Shown: positions 1 through 9,801, numbered from the stretch's first letter. The stretch is DNA of 64,000 nt from an uncultured Gemmatimonadales bacterium (GCA_963842945.1 CAWJIM010000021.1:64001-128000), one strand, 5' to 3'. Numbers and translations are program-made. Notes: generated by a model from the sequence alone, not told the origin.

Positions 1-603
1 GAACTGCCACATGCCGACCGCCTTGGCCCGGCTGGTGGCCGTGTTGGAGAAACCGCTTTCGATCAGCGCCAGATATACCAGGTCACCCGGCAACCCTTGA
101 TGCTGCAGCCGCTCCCGAATCATCTCCTCGTACCGGGGCAAGCGGGTCAGCCAGATATTCATTCGCTCGCGGCCGCGGTCCTGAAAGAAATCGAGGTAGT
201 ACTGCACCCGGTCGTGGCCGTTGTAGGTGGCGACATCGATATCCCAGGTCACCGCATCCGCCGCATTGGCTCCGCCGGGAACCGCCTCGGCCGCCTCGTC
301 CCCGCCGGCATCGTTCGCCCCGTCCTCCGGGTGCGCATCCGCCAGCTCCTCGAGCACCGCTTCGTCGGCCGCGGAGTCTGCCGCCTGGCGTCGCTCATCG
401 TTCAGATCGGCCACGAGCAGTGCGGTGTCACCCACCGATGTGTCGGGAATGCCGAGTGAATCCAGAACAGTGCTGAGGGAGGTTTCGCCCGGGGCGGTTC
501 CTGTCAGAGGAGAACCTGTCGAGATGGGCGAGACGGAGCGAGGGCCTGAATGCCCGCTGCAGGCTGCTGCGATGCCGACGAGACCGATCCACCAATAGCG
601 CAT
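1..603 (-). CDS. MltD-like lytic transglycosylase lipoprotein, N-terminal part (runs off window start)
   Basis: Manual translation from ATG 603 (GGAG RBS): MRYWWIGLVGIAAAC lipobox ... LPGDLVYLALIESGFSNTATSRAKAVGMWQF, an SLT catalytic ES plus GxWQF motif. Confidence 0.85.
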   Translation of the reverse strand, partial: MRYWWIGLVGIAAACSGHSGPRSVSPISTGSPLTGTAPGETSLSTVLDSLGIPDTSVGDTALLVADLNDERRQAADSAADEAVLEELADAHPEDGANDAGGDEAAEAVPGGANAADAVTWDIDVATYNGHDRVQYYLDFFQDRGRERMNIWLTRLPRYEEMIRERLQHQGLPGDLVYLALIESGFSNTATSRAKAVGMWQF

Positions 604-743
604 AGAAAGACTCCTGTGGCGCGTCATCGGGGCGACGAGGCGCTTTCGGCAAGATTTCGGGGTGGTTACATCGGGCCCACCCATGTGGCGACGTGCAAAC
701 CGCAGGACCGAAGGCGAACTGAGGCGACGAGAAATGGGGGCTG

Positions 744-1169
744 CTAACGCATGAACAATCGATTTCCCAGGATCCGGTTGGTGGCATTCAGCACGGCAAG
801 GGCAGCCCCGCGCGCCGTATCGGTGTCCGTGAGAAAGGAGCCCACCACCCGTTGGCCGCCCGCACCGGGCCCTTCTCCATGGACCGCCAGCGAAACGATC
901 ACCACCGTAGAATCGAACGCCCGGACCGCCTTCACCCCCAACAGCTCGAAGCTGAGCCCCCCTTGGACCGCCTGTCCGAGGGCGATGACGCATGCCTGCG
1001 CCGAACAGCGCAGCTCGCCGGCCTGCGACGCGAGCCCTTCTCCTTCACCGGTAAACTGCTCGGAATCCTTCCACGTCAGCCCAACCCGGGCCCGGCATCG
1101 GCCGTTCGGCAACCGATCCAGAGTGAACTCCGCGAAACGAAGCCGTTCCGGGAGAGGGGTTGACGACAT
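744..1169 (-). CDS. Hypothetical protein, resembles a stand-alone LeuA/CimA C-terminal regulatory domain
   Basis: Two repeats of beta strands followed by a helix: TGEGEG..CSAQACVIAL and VGSFLTDTDTARGAALAVLNATNR. Confidence 0.55.
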   Translation of the reverse strand: MSSTPLPERLRFAEFTLDRLPNGRCRARVGLTWKDSEQFTGEGEGLASQAGELRCSAQACVIALGQAVQGGLSFELLGVKAVRAFDSTVVIVSLAVHGEGPGAGGQRVVGSFLTDTDTARGAALAVLNATNRILGNRLFMR

Positions 1170-1238
1170 TGCCGTCCTTGGGTCGGGCCCAAAATCAGGG
1201 TGAGACACACACGCCGGCAAGGCAAAGCCCATGCCATT

Positions 1239-1478
1239 TCAGGCTAAGCGGGCAGCGAGCAACTCTTCGAGATCTTTATTGGAAACGCGGTCCGCCCGCG
1301 CGAAGAGCGCGGCCTTGGACGAGGACGAGATGGGATACGCGGCCCAGACGGAGCGACGCCCGGGATCGCTGCTCCGAAAGGAGAAGACCAGATTCCACTG
1401 CGATGAGTTGGGCCCCCGCTCCGCGGCAAGGGACACATTCCACATCTGCCCGGCGTGCTCCAGCACTCGCCAGGCCAT
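1239..1478 (-). CDS. Small hypothetical protein (79 aa)
   Basis: MAWRVLEHAGQMWNV... starts 4 nt after the ilvE stop; globular composition. Confidence 0.6.
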   Translation of the reverse strand: MAWRVLEHAGQMWNVSLAAERGPNSSQWNLVFSFRSSDPGRRSVWAAYPISSSSKAALFARADRVSNKDLEELLAARLA

Positions 1479-1482
1479 CGGC

Positions 1483-2388
1483 TCAGCTCCGGGCCAGCGC
1501 CTGAAAGCGCGCGCGGAGATCGCGCGTGATGGGGCCGGCCTTGCCGGTTCCGATAATACGGCCATCCAGCTGACGGATCGCGACGATCTCGGTGGCGGTA
1601 CCGGTGAAGAATGCCTCGTCCGCGGTGTAGATGTCGTAGCGGTTGAGCATCGTCTCTTCGACCTTATAGCCCGCTTGCAGCGCCAGCTCCAGAACGGCGT
1701 CCCGGGTCACTCCTTTGAGCAGACCGGCAAATGGGGGCGGGGTGCGCAGCTCTCCCTTTTTCACCACAAAGATGTTTTGCCCGGACCCCTCGGCCACGGC
1801 ACCCGAGCTGTCCAGCATGATCACCTCGTCGGCGCCGGCGCTGATGCCTTCCATCTTGGCGAGAATGTGCGGCAGATAGTTGAGCGATTTGACCCGGGGA
1901 GACAATGACTCGCGCTGCGGAATGGGTGTGCCGGCAGTGATGACCGTGAGCCCGGCCTCGTAGATGTGCTCGGGCCAGAGCTTGATGGTATCGACGATGA
2001 TCATGACGGTGGGCTTGGGGCACTTGCGTGGATCGAGCCCCAGATCGCCCGGGCCGCGGGTTACCACATGGCGAATGTACGCCTCCGCAATCCCGGAGCG
2101 GCGAACCGCCTCTTCCGTTATGCTGGCCAGCTCGTCTTGGGACTGGGGAATAGTGAGCAGGATGGCCTTGGCCGAATCGTACAGCCGCTCCAGGTGGTCC
2201 CGCAGGCGGAAGATCTTGCCGCCGTACACCCGGATACCCTCGAAGACGCCGTCGCCGTACAGCAGGCCATGGTCGTAGACCGAGACCATCGCAGTGCTTC
2301 GGTCGCACCACTTGCCATCCAGCCAGATGACTGGTGTGCCGGTACTCTGGCTGGCGGTAGACACGGAAGGCTTGGCGCTGACGGTCAT
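1483..2388 (-). CDS. ilvE: Branched-chain amino acid aminotransferase
   Basis: HGLLYGDGVFEGIRVY, VKSLNY (PLP Lys), EGSGQNIF, LKGVTR, ADEAFFTGTATE: class IV aminotransferase motifs. Confidence 0.95.
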   Translation of the reverse strand: MTVSAKPSVSTASQSTGTPVIWLDGKWCDRSTAMVSVYDHGLLYGDGVFEGIRVYGGKIFRLRDHLERLYDSAKAILLTIPQSQDELASITEEAVRRSGIAEAYIRHVVTRGPGDLGLDPRKCPKPTVMIIVDTIKLWPEHIYEAGLTVITAGTPIPQRESLSPRVKSLNYLPHILAKMEGISAGADEVIMLDSSGAVAEGSGQNIFVVKKGELRTPPPFAGLLKGVTRDAVLELALQAGYKVEETMLNRYDIYTADEAFFTGTATEIVAIRQLDGRIIGTGKAGPITRDLRARFQALARS

Positions 2389-2452
2389 GAGGGCAATGTA
2401 GAGGAACTGCGGGATTCTGAGCTATCGGGCGTTAGCTGGGACCTGGGAACGT

Positions 2453-2480
2453 CACCGCTCACCGCTTACCGCTTACCGCT
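2453..2480. repeat. Heptamer tandem repeat (C/T)ACCGCT x4
   Basis: caccgct caccgct taccgct taccgct immediately after the MFS gene stop. Confidence 0.8.
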
Positions 2481-2481
2481 C

Positions 2482-4122
2482 CTAATGCGCGTCAGCCGCC
2501 ACCGCCCTTCCCCGCGGCTTGCGCAGCAGAATGATGGCCGGCGACACGGCGATGAACGTCATCAGAAGCAGCATCCAGGCGTCGTTGTAACTCAGCATCG
2601 AGGCCTGGCGCATGGTCTGCTGGTCCAGCAGCGCCAGGGCACCGCGCCGCGCCGCCTCCGGATTGTAGCCGTGACTCAGGAGATTCCCGGTCAGCATTTG
2701 CAGCCGCTCGTCTACCAACGGATTCCCCGGATACACGTTGGCCAGGAGATCGACCCGGTGCATCTGAACATGCACCGTGACGTAGTTGACCAGGATCGCT
2801 ATCCCGAAGGAGCCGCCCAGCTGGCGGGAGAGGTTGATCAATCCCGAGGCCTGTTGCGCCTCGCTCGGCTTGAGGCTGGCATAGGCCACGTTGTTGATCG
2901 GAGTGAACAGAAAGCCGAGTCCCAGGCCCCGCACGATCAGGGCCAGGCGCACGTCTGCTTCTCCGGCCGCGGTGGTGAGATGTCCCAGATCCCACATCGA
3001 GAGTACGAAGAGGACTACTCCGATACCGATGAGCACCCGGGGATCGACCAGCGGCCTCGCCCCATTGAGCATCAACCCGCACACCAGCGCGGTCACCGCC
3101 GTGGCTATACCGCCGGGCATCAGCGCCAGCCCGGTCTCCGTCGGAGTGAAGTGCAGTAGCGTCTGGGTGAACAGTGGGAAGATGAATATGCCACCGTAGA
3201 GCCCGAACCCGAGCGCCACGAACAGGAAGATGGACGCCGCCAGATCGCGGTTCTTCAGCACCCGGAAGTTGACGATGGGATTGGGATTCCTGGATGACAG
3301 TTCCCACCACAACATGGAGATCAGGCTGACCCCGGCCACCAGGGAAAAGCGGACGATCCAGATGTCGGAGAACCAGTCCTTGGAGTTTCCCTCCTCCAGC
3401 ACCCATTGCAGCGACCCGATGCCCGCGGTCAGCAAGCCGATTCCCCACCAGTCCACTCTGCCCCGGTGCCGCTCCTGCCCGGGCGGATCCCGGAGGAACT
3501 GGCTGACCAGGAACGCCGAGGCAATTCCGATCGGCACATTGATGAAGAAGCACCAGCTCCAGGAGTAGTTGTCGGTGATCCAGCCTCCCAGCGTCGGCCC
3601 CAGTGTGGGGGCGACGATGATGCCCAGCAGAAAGATCGCCTGCACCAGACCCTGCTGCTCCCGGGGAAAGATCTGCCGGATGGTCGCCTGAGCGGTGGAC
3701 AGCAGAGCGGCTCCGCCCGCGCCCTGCAGGATGCGCCAGATCACCAGCTCGGTCAGGGAGTTGGACGTCCCGCAGAAAAACGAGGCCACGATGAAGATGA
3801 TGATCGAGATCGTGAGATAACGCTGCCGCCCGATGCGCTCGGTGAAAAATGCCGTCATGGGCAGCACCACGACATTTGACAGGATGTAGCCCGTACTCAC
3901 CCAGCTGATCTCCTGCTGGGTGGCTCCCAGATTACCCGCCATCTGGGGCAGGGCCACGTTGATGATGGTGGTATCCAGCACCTCCATGATGGCCGCCGTG
4001 ATCAGGCCCAGCATGATCAGCCAGCGGTGCCGGCTGACGTAGGCCGCCGCCTCTTCGGCCGCGCTCAGTCGGCGGGGCGCTTCATGGGCGGGAGATGCAC
4101 CGGGAGCGGCGTTCGCGGTCAT
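2482..4122 (-). CDS. DHA2 family (EmrB/QacA) MFS efflux permease
   Basis: MEVLDTTIINVALP, WRILQGAGG, APTLGPTLGGWIT, WSWCFFINVPIG; 14-TM pattern. Confidence 0.93.
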   Translation of the reverse strand: MTANAAPGASPAHEAPRRLSAAEEAAAYVSRHRWLIMLGLITAAIMEVLDTTIINVALPQMAGNLGATQQEISWVSTGYILSNVVVLPMTAFFTERIGRQRYLTISIIIFIVASFFCGTSNSLTELVIWRILQGAGGAALLSTAQATIRQIFPREQQGLVQAIFLLGIIVAPTLGPTLGGWITDNYSWSWCFFINVPIGIASAFLVSQFLRDPPGQERHRGRVDWWGIGLLTAGIGSLQWVLEEGNSKDWFSDIWIVRFSLVAGVSLISMLWWELSSRNPNPIVNFRVLKNRDLAASIFLFVALGFGLYGGIFIFPLFTQTLLHFTPTETGLALMPGGIATAVTALVCGLMLNGARPLVDPRVLIGIGVVLFVLSMWDLGHLTTAAGEADVRLALIVRGLGLGFLFTPINNVAYASLKPSEAQQASGLINLSRQLGGSFGIAILVNYVTVHVQMHRVDLLANVYPGNPLVDERLQMLTGNLLSHGYNPEAARRGALALLDQQTMRQASMLSYNDAWMLLLMTFIAVSPAIILLRKPRGRAVAADAH

Positions 4123-4143
4123 GGGGAATCTGCAGCGGCGAGT

Positions 4144-4791
4144 TTACTGGGAAGCGGCGTCGGTGCCGATCAGCTCCAGCACGAGCCGGGCGGCGGACTC
4201 GAGCGAGACGGTCCCGGTGTTGATCTGACAGTCGTAGCTGCAGGGCTCATTCATATCGGTCTTATAGTAGCGCTGGAGATAGTGCTGCCGGTCCACATCC
4301 CGCCGGCGCACGTCGGCTGCCGCGCGCTGCGATGGGGCCCCGGTGCGCCGAGCCACGCGCTGAACTCGTACGTCAAAGGGGGCCACGACCCGAACTCGCA
4401 GCACATCGGGTCTGCGGCGAAACAGACAGTTGCCGCCGTGTCCCACGATGATGGCCGGGGGATTCTCCGCCGCTTCGAGCAGGATCTCGCGGGCCGCGGC
4501 GGCGATGCAGTCCGGGTCGGTGGTCCACGGGCTGGAGTGGACCCTCGATTCCGGCGCGGTCACCGTCGCCGCGGCCGCCAGCCGCTCCAGGAAGCTGGGC
4601 GCGTGCTCGTCCATGGCGACCACGTCGCCCTCGTCGCAGCTCAGCCGGGCCGCGAGACGGCGGACCAGCTCGTGATCGATCACCGGCCAGCCCAGCTTTT
4701 CCCCCAGCAGGACACCCAGCTCACTGCCGCCGGCGCCGTACTCGCGCGAGATGGTGAGCAATCGGATCGGCTGCCGCCGGGCATCCCTCAT
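4144..4791 (-). CDS. Cytidylate kinase-like family protein
   Basis: LTISREYGAGGSELG P-loop variant, IIVGHGG, YDCQINT; own ATG at 4791 inside the 379-aa ORF. Confidence 0.85.
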   Translation of the reverse strand: MRDARRQPIRLLTISREYGAGGSELGVLLGEKLGWPVIDHELVRRLAARLSCDEGDVVAMDEHAPSFLERLAAAATVTAPESRVHSSPWTTDPDCIAAAAREILLEAAENPPAIIVGHGGNCLFRRRPDVLRVRVVAPFDVRVQRVARRTGAPSQRAAADVRRRDVDRQHYLQRYYKTDMNEPCSYDCQINTGTVSLESAARLVLELIGTDAASQ

Positions 4792-4832
4792 GGCCTCAAT
4801 ATGGATGCCGGGGAGAGCCACTGCCAATGCGA

Positions 4833-5283
4833 TTACTGGAGCGGCGCCGCCGCCGCTCGTCACGTTGACGGCCACTGGGTCGAAGGTCGTCTCGTCGGCG
4901 GCATCGTCGTGGCCGTAGCCGACCTGCACCGTGCCGCTGCCGGCGCTCGGTGCCGTCACATCGAACTGAAAGTGGTGATCTGCCAGACGAGTGGCGGTGC
5001 CCAGCGAGGTGGGGCTGAAGGTAAGGCCGGCAAAGTGCTCCGCCTCGACATTGTCGAGGTCTTCCCCCGCAGCGTTGAAGAACTTGATCTGCACCCGCGA
5101 CGTTTGGCCCGCCGTGAGAGCATATGGTGCAGTCTGGGGGACGTCGTCGACAATGAGATTGTAGGTCGCCGGGGTATGGTCTTCGGTGGTCGGCGCGGTC
5201 TCATCATCGCCGCAGGCCGCTGCCAGGAGCAGGGCACCTATCAGAGAGAGGCGGGACACCGGCAACAGAGCGGGATGAGACAT
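4833..5283 (-). CDS. His/Asp-rich lipoprotein, probable partner of the TonB-dependent receptor
   Basis: LLLAAAC lipobox; EDHTP, EAEHF, DHHF, GHDDAADE. Out-of-frame TAA near 4833 suggests the true stop and an indel-caused fusion to the next gene. Confidence 0.6.
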
Positions 5284-5295
5284 CAGTCATTTCTC

Positions 5296-7392
5296 CTATT
5301 CGTGGTCGGCAAAACGGACCGCGGCCCGCAGGGTGCGAGGCGCTCCAGGGTTGATGAAGCCGGAGGATCGAATCTCCGGATACTTGGTGCTGAAGATGTT
5401 CTGCAGCTCCAGATCGAGCACGGCGCCGAGCGGAGTCAGGTGAAGTGAGGCTCCAGCATCCACCACCGCATAGGACTGGGTTTCCGTGCCCGGCTCGCCG
5501 ATCGGGGTATACGGGCCGGAAAATCGGAGGAGAGCCCGGGTGGAGACTCGAGGGCTCCACGCCGTCTCCACTCCTACTCGCCCCAACCACTGCGCCACAT
5601 TCGGCACCGGGTCTCCCGGCTCCAGCGGCTCGATGTGAAATGACGGACGGAGGGGCGTGCCATCCGCGCCTTCGAGGAGCTGCGGCACCACCAGCGGCGT
5701 GGGAGACGAGCCCGGATCGCCTTTGACATGGGCGTCATTCCAGGTCCCGTCGAGGGTAAGACTGACCTGCGGACTCAGCCGCACCTCGGCATCGAGGTTC
5801 ACTCCCTGCCGCAGGCTCTCTCCGGTGGGCAGCACCTCTCGGGTGACGGGATCCTGAATTCGTTCGTGCGACACATCCAGCCGGAACAGCGCGAGCTGGG
5901 CGGTGAGAGACCCACCATCGTAGCGCGCCCCCACCTCCTTGCTCCAGCCGCGAACCGGCTCCAGCGAAGGGTCGCCTATTACTCCGGGCGCGCCCCGGAA
6001 CCCCGCGCTCAACGATCCCAGCAGCGACCAACCGCCGGATACCAGATATCGCATGCCGAGCTTGGGGCTGACGATCACGTCGCCATCGTCCTGTTGCGGG
6101 CTCCCCGCGACCCGATCGAGACTCTGGTAGTGAACTCCGTCCGCCCGGGTGCCCAGGTCCAGAGACACATGAGAGCCAATCAGTGTCCGCCAGCGGACAA
6201 ATACACCACCTCCCACATACTCCGCGTCATAGCCCTTCTCCGGACTGAGCGTGGTCCGCTGGAAGGTGTTGTACAGATCGTACTTGGCGAAATCGGCTCG
6301 CCCGTCGAACCCGGCACTCACGTCTCCACCGCCCAGCGGGTGGCTCACCTGAAAGCGGGCACCCACCGCGTTCCGGCGGTCGAGCTCATCGCTTTGGTTC
6401 AGCAGGCCATCTTCGGGTATGGTGAGGAACACGTCGGAGTGGACGTGCTGGAGCCAGGCGGTGGCCTCGATGCCGGTGGTCCCGGCGACGGTGCTGAATC
6501 GGCCATGGGCAATCCCGCGGTACGCCGAGCCCCCGTCGGTTGGATCCATGGCGGAGGTCAGGTCGCCCGCGTTGTACTGATCCACCGAGAGGAATCCCGG
6601 TGAGTCCCAACTCGAGCCGTAGAGCGCAAGGCCGCCCTCGAGACGGCCGGAGCCCACTTGCCGCCACCCGCGAAGAAGACCGTTCCCCAGCCAGTAGGAT
6701 GAGTTGTCGCGCCAACCCTGTTGCCGCTGCCCATCTCCCGCAAACAGGTACCCGCCCTGATCTTTCCTGGCCCCGGTGCGCAGCCACCCGCTGGCGTCGC
6801 CATAGCTCGACGCGGCCAGACTGCCGGTGGTGCCCACCGCATCGGCCGCGGTAAAGACCTCTACCACACCGGCCATCGCGAAATCACCGTAGAGGGGGCT
6901 GGCGGGCCCGGTGATCACCCGGAGCGAGCTCACCCCAGCCGGTGAGAGAATGCTCCAGTCGGAATACCCTTCGACATGCCCGTGCACCGGCAGATTGATG
7001 GGCACTCCGTCGAGCACCAGCAGCACATCGGAGGAATGGTCCGAGGAGAACCCGCGGATCACTGCATCGGAGGCGAACCCCGGTCCCTGCCCCTGCTCGT
7101 GTACTTCGATTCCGCTGGTGCGGCGAAGCAGATCGTAGGGGTTGGTGGCGAGGGTACGGCGGAGCTCGGCCGCTGGCACCACCAGCGTCGTCACCGGTGG
7201 AGCGGCCGCGCGGGGACGCTCGGCGGTAACGGTTATGGTCTGGAGCTGCTTCACCTGGGTGGTGTCCGCCCCGGTGCTGTCCCGGCTCTGAGCCGAAGCA
7301 GAGCGGGTTGCCATAGTGAAGATCAGAATCAGCCCAGCGCGACTCGTCGCGGCGGTGACATTTCCGGTGCGGTACATCGCTGCACACCCCAT
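5296..7392 (-). CDS. TonB-dependent receptor
   Basis: Signal peptide, TITVTA TonB box, plug motifs IRGF..LVLDGVP and GPASPLYGDFAMAGVV, C-terminal LQNIF..PGAPRTLRAAVRF; exact start uncertain. Confidence 0.93.
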   Translation of the reverse strand: MGCAAMYRTGNVTAATSRAGLILIFTMATRSASAQSRDSTGADTTQVKQLQTITVTAERPRAAAPPVTTLVVPAAELRRTLATNPYDLLRRTSGIEVHEQGQGPGFASDAVIRGFSSDHSSDVLLVLDGVPINLPVHGHVEGYSDWSILSPAGVSSLRVITGPASPLYGDFAMAGVVEVFTAADAVGTTGSLAASSYGDASGWLRTGARKDQGGYLFAGDGQRQQGWRDNSSYWLGNGLLRGWRQVGSGRLEGGLALYGSSWDSPGFLSVDQYNAGDLTSAMDPTDGGSAYRGIAHGRFSTVAGTTGIEATAWLQHVHSDVFLTIPEDGLLNQSDELDRRNAVGARFQVSHPLGGGDVSAGFDGRADFAKYDLYNTFQRTTLSPEKGYDAEYVGGGVFVRWRTLIGSHVSLDLGTRADGVHYQSLDRVAGSPQQDDGDVIVSPKLGMRYLVSGGWSLLGSLSAGFRGAPGVIGDPSLEPVRGWSKEVGARYDGGSLTAQLALFRLDVSHERIQDPVTREVLPTGESLRQGVNLDAEVRLSPQVSLTLDGTWNDAHVKGDPGSSPTPLVVPQLLEGADGTPLRPSFHIEPLEPGDPVPNVAQWLGRVGVETAWSPRVSTRALLRFSGPYTPIGEPGTETQSYAVVDAGASLHLTPLGAVLDLELQNIFSTKYPEIRSSGFINPGAPRTLRAAVRFADHE

Positions 7393-7480
7393 TGCCGTCC
7401 AGCATGGCCGAATGGGCCAGGCGTGAACGACCTCGTCTGGAACACTGATCCGGCCGGATCATTTCCGGCGCGGATGGTTA

Positions 7481-7882
7481 TCAGGCTGGGGAGTGAGGCG
7501 GGCCCTGCGCGAAGGGAAGCGTGTGCGACGGACGGAGAAGAACGAAGCCTGTGGCGGCCGGTCCGGAGCCCTGCTGCGCCGGAGTCAGGCGTCCGGAGGA
7601 ACCGGTATCACCCGGGACGCCGCTGAGCTGGATACAGCAGAGATGTACCGAACACTGGTTGGAGGCTGGGAGGCCACCGTTGGAATGCGAGTGCGTCCCC
7701 TGGACATCCTGCCCGTGTGCATGGTCGGTCGGGGGACCGGGGTGCCAGACACACCCCGGCATAGATCCCCATGTGATTGCGGCGTACGCGAAACACGCAG
7801 CAATCCAGGCACAGGTCAGTTTCCGGGCGCGCTCTGAAACAGTCACGCGTGAGAATGTCACCCCGGCACAGGATCCAGGCAA
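7481..7882 (-). CDS. DUF2946-like His/Cys-rich leader protein
   Basis: Hydrophobic N-segment, His-rich linker (DHAHG..HSHS), CSVHLCC, C-terminal HTLPFAQGPP; directly upstream of the TBDR; start uncertain. Confidence 0.65.
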   Translation of the reverse strand: MPGSCAGVTFSRVTVSERARKLTCAWIAACFAYAAITWGSMPGCVWHPGPPTDHAHGQDVQGTHSHSNGGLPASNQCSVHLCCIQLSGVPGDTGSSGRLTPAQQGSGPAATGFVLLRPSHTLPFAQGPPHSPA

Positions 7883-7939
7883 GATCGATGGCCGGAGCCC
7901 AATTACCGGGACGGCATGACAGTGGAACTTCGGCCTTTT

Positions 7940-7954
7940 TTCATCTCCGCTTCA
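7940..7954 (+). promoter_or_regulatory. TTCA-N7-TTCA direct-repeat operator
   Basis: TTCATCTCCGCTTCA, identical to the 15-mer at 24065-24079. Confidence 0.6.
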
Positions 7955-8014
7955 CGTCGGTCACGCCATCTTGGCTGCGGTCCTCTGATCTCAACCTCAG
8001 CCGAGGCAGACATC

Positions 8015-8251
8015 ATGAAGGTCACCGACACGACCACCGGTCAGCAGGTCAGCCCGGACGAAGCGTACGAGCGATTCTTTGACGGCTTCTTCAACCTGGG
8101 CCGGCCGGGTGACATCTTCGAGCGGAGCGTGGTGCTGAGTCGCCCAGCCGCCCGTCCAGCTGCGCTACGTCGCTCCACCCGCAGAATGAAGAGAGGTTCA
8201 CACAAATCCAACCGCGCCTTTCAAGCGGTGAGGCCTAAACTGGCGGTCTGA
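8015..8251 (+). CDS. Small hypothetical protein (78 aa)
   Basis: GAGG RBS, MKVTDTTTGQQVSPDEAYERFFDGFF..., basic C-terminus; precedes the two-component genes. Confidence 0.5.
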   Translation: MKVTDTTTGQQVSPDEAYERFFDGFFNLGRPGDIFERSVVLSRPAARPAALRRSTRRMKRGSHKSNRAFQAVRPKLAV

Positions 8252-8280
8252 GCAGCTGCCGACAGACGGAGTGGTAAACG

Positions 8281-8649
8281 ATGCGCATTCTCGTGGTTGA
8301 AGACGACGAAAAAGTCGGGGGCATGCTGGAACAGGGACTCCGGGAAGAGGAGTTCGAGGTGGGCCGGGGACGGGATGGGGAAGAGGCGCTCTCCATGGCC
8401 ATGAGTCATACCTACGACCTGATCCTACTCGACTACATGCTCCCCAAGAAGAGCGGGCCCGAAGTCGCCAGCGCGCTTCGTACTCAGGGCCGGCAGACTC
8501 CTATCCTCATGCTGACCGCGCGGGATGCGCCGGAAGACATCGAGCGATGCCTCACCTCCGGGGCCAACGGCTACGTTACCAAGCCATTCCGGTTCGCCGA
8601 TCTGCTGGAGCAGATCCAGCGGCTCGCTGAGCCGCCGGCCCTGGACTGA
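8281..8649 (+). CDS. Single-domain response regulator (OmpR-like receiver, no output domain)
   Basis: MRILVVEDD, LLDYMLP, LMLTARD, YVTKPF; stops at 122 aa with TGATG coupling to the kinase. Confidence 0.9.
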   Translation: MRILVVEDDEKVGGMLEQGLREEEFEVGRGRDGEEALSMAMSHTYDLILLDYMLPKKSGPEVASALRTQGRQTPILMLTARDAPEDIERCLTSGANGYVTKPFRFADLLEQIQRLAEPPALD

Positions 8650-9801
8650 TGGCCCCGCCACCACGCTCCTTCAGCCTGCAGCGGACGCTCGCCATCCGCT
8701 TTTCCCTGACGATGTTCGTCGGCCTTCTGGCGCTGGCTGTCTGGGGTTATCACGCGGTAAGTCAGCAGATCAGCCAGCTCGCCATACTGAGCGATCCAGT
8801 TGCCGCCGCCTCGCTCGAGACCCTGCGGCTCCAGTTGGCGGCTATCGTCCTGCTGGGCACCCTCGCCACGGCGATCGGAGCGGGGTGGCTGGCCGCCTCG
8901 TCCGTGGCGCCGGTCCACACCATCGCGGCCCAAGCAGGGGGCATAACCGGTGAGGTGGCCGGCCAGCGTATTACGGTCCATGCGAATGTCAGTGAATTTC
9001 AGGGCCTCATTCAGGTGCTCAATGCCATGGTGACGCGACTGGAGCGAGCCTGCCGCTGGCATCGCCGCATCGTGCGCGATCTCGGCCATGACCTGCGTAC
9101 GCCGATCGCGGCAATGAGGGCGGCGGTCGAAGTCGCTCTGTGGAAGGAGCGGAGTCCAGCCGAGTACCGCGAGCATTCTCGCCAGCACGCTGGAAGAGAT
9201 CGACCGACTGACTCTGATCTCTGATGCCCTGGTCCTGCTGGGCAGACTGCAGGCCGGCGAGGTCACCTTGCGGTTAGCCGAGCTGGATGTGCGAACGCTC
9301 GCGCGAGAGGCAGTGGCTCAGGTGCAGGATGGAATCGGAGGCCACAAGGTGACCCTGGTGGAATCTGCCGGCGAGGTTGCCATCAAGGCCGATCCCCGGC
9401 TGATGAGAATGGTCCTGGAGCAGCTGCTCGACAATGCCCGGCGATACACCCCGCCCGGCTCCTGCATCGACGTGCTGGTGCAGACCAGCGGATCCAACGC
9501 GCTGATCACCGTGGCGGACAATGGTCCCGGCGTCCCCGAAGACGTCCTGCCCCACCTCTTCGAGCCATTCTATCGCAGCGACCAGGCCAGGGGACGGGAC
9601 GGCGGGCCCGGTCTGGGCCTCACCGCGACCGCCTCGATCGTGGCCCTCCACGGCGGGACCGTGCGGGCGAGCCGCGGCAGCGAAGGCGGCCTCCGGGTGA
9701 CGGTGTCGATCCCTCGCTCGGATCGCAAGGTGAGAGGCGCATCCTCAGTGCGCGGTAGCTCCCGCGGACCATGCCGTATTGCCGCCGACACCCGCTCGTA
9801 G
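8649..9801 (+). CDS. Sensor histidine kinase (HAMP-HisKA-HATPase), frameshift near 9175
   Basis: Two TM segments, HAMP, DLGHDLRTP H-box, LLDNARRY, DNGPGV, FEPFYR, GPGLGL across two ORFs. Confidence 0.85.

Noticed and set aside
4144..5283. 379-aa lipoprotein-cytidylate kinase fusion
   Set aside because: An exported lipoprotein fused to a cytoplasmic P-loop protein is implausible. There is an out-of-frame TAA near 4833 and a separate ATG at 4791, in an indel-rich region
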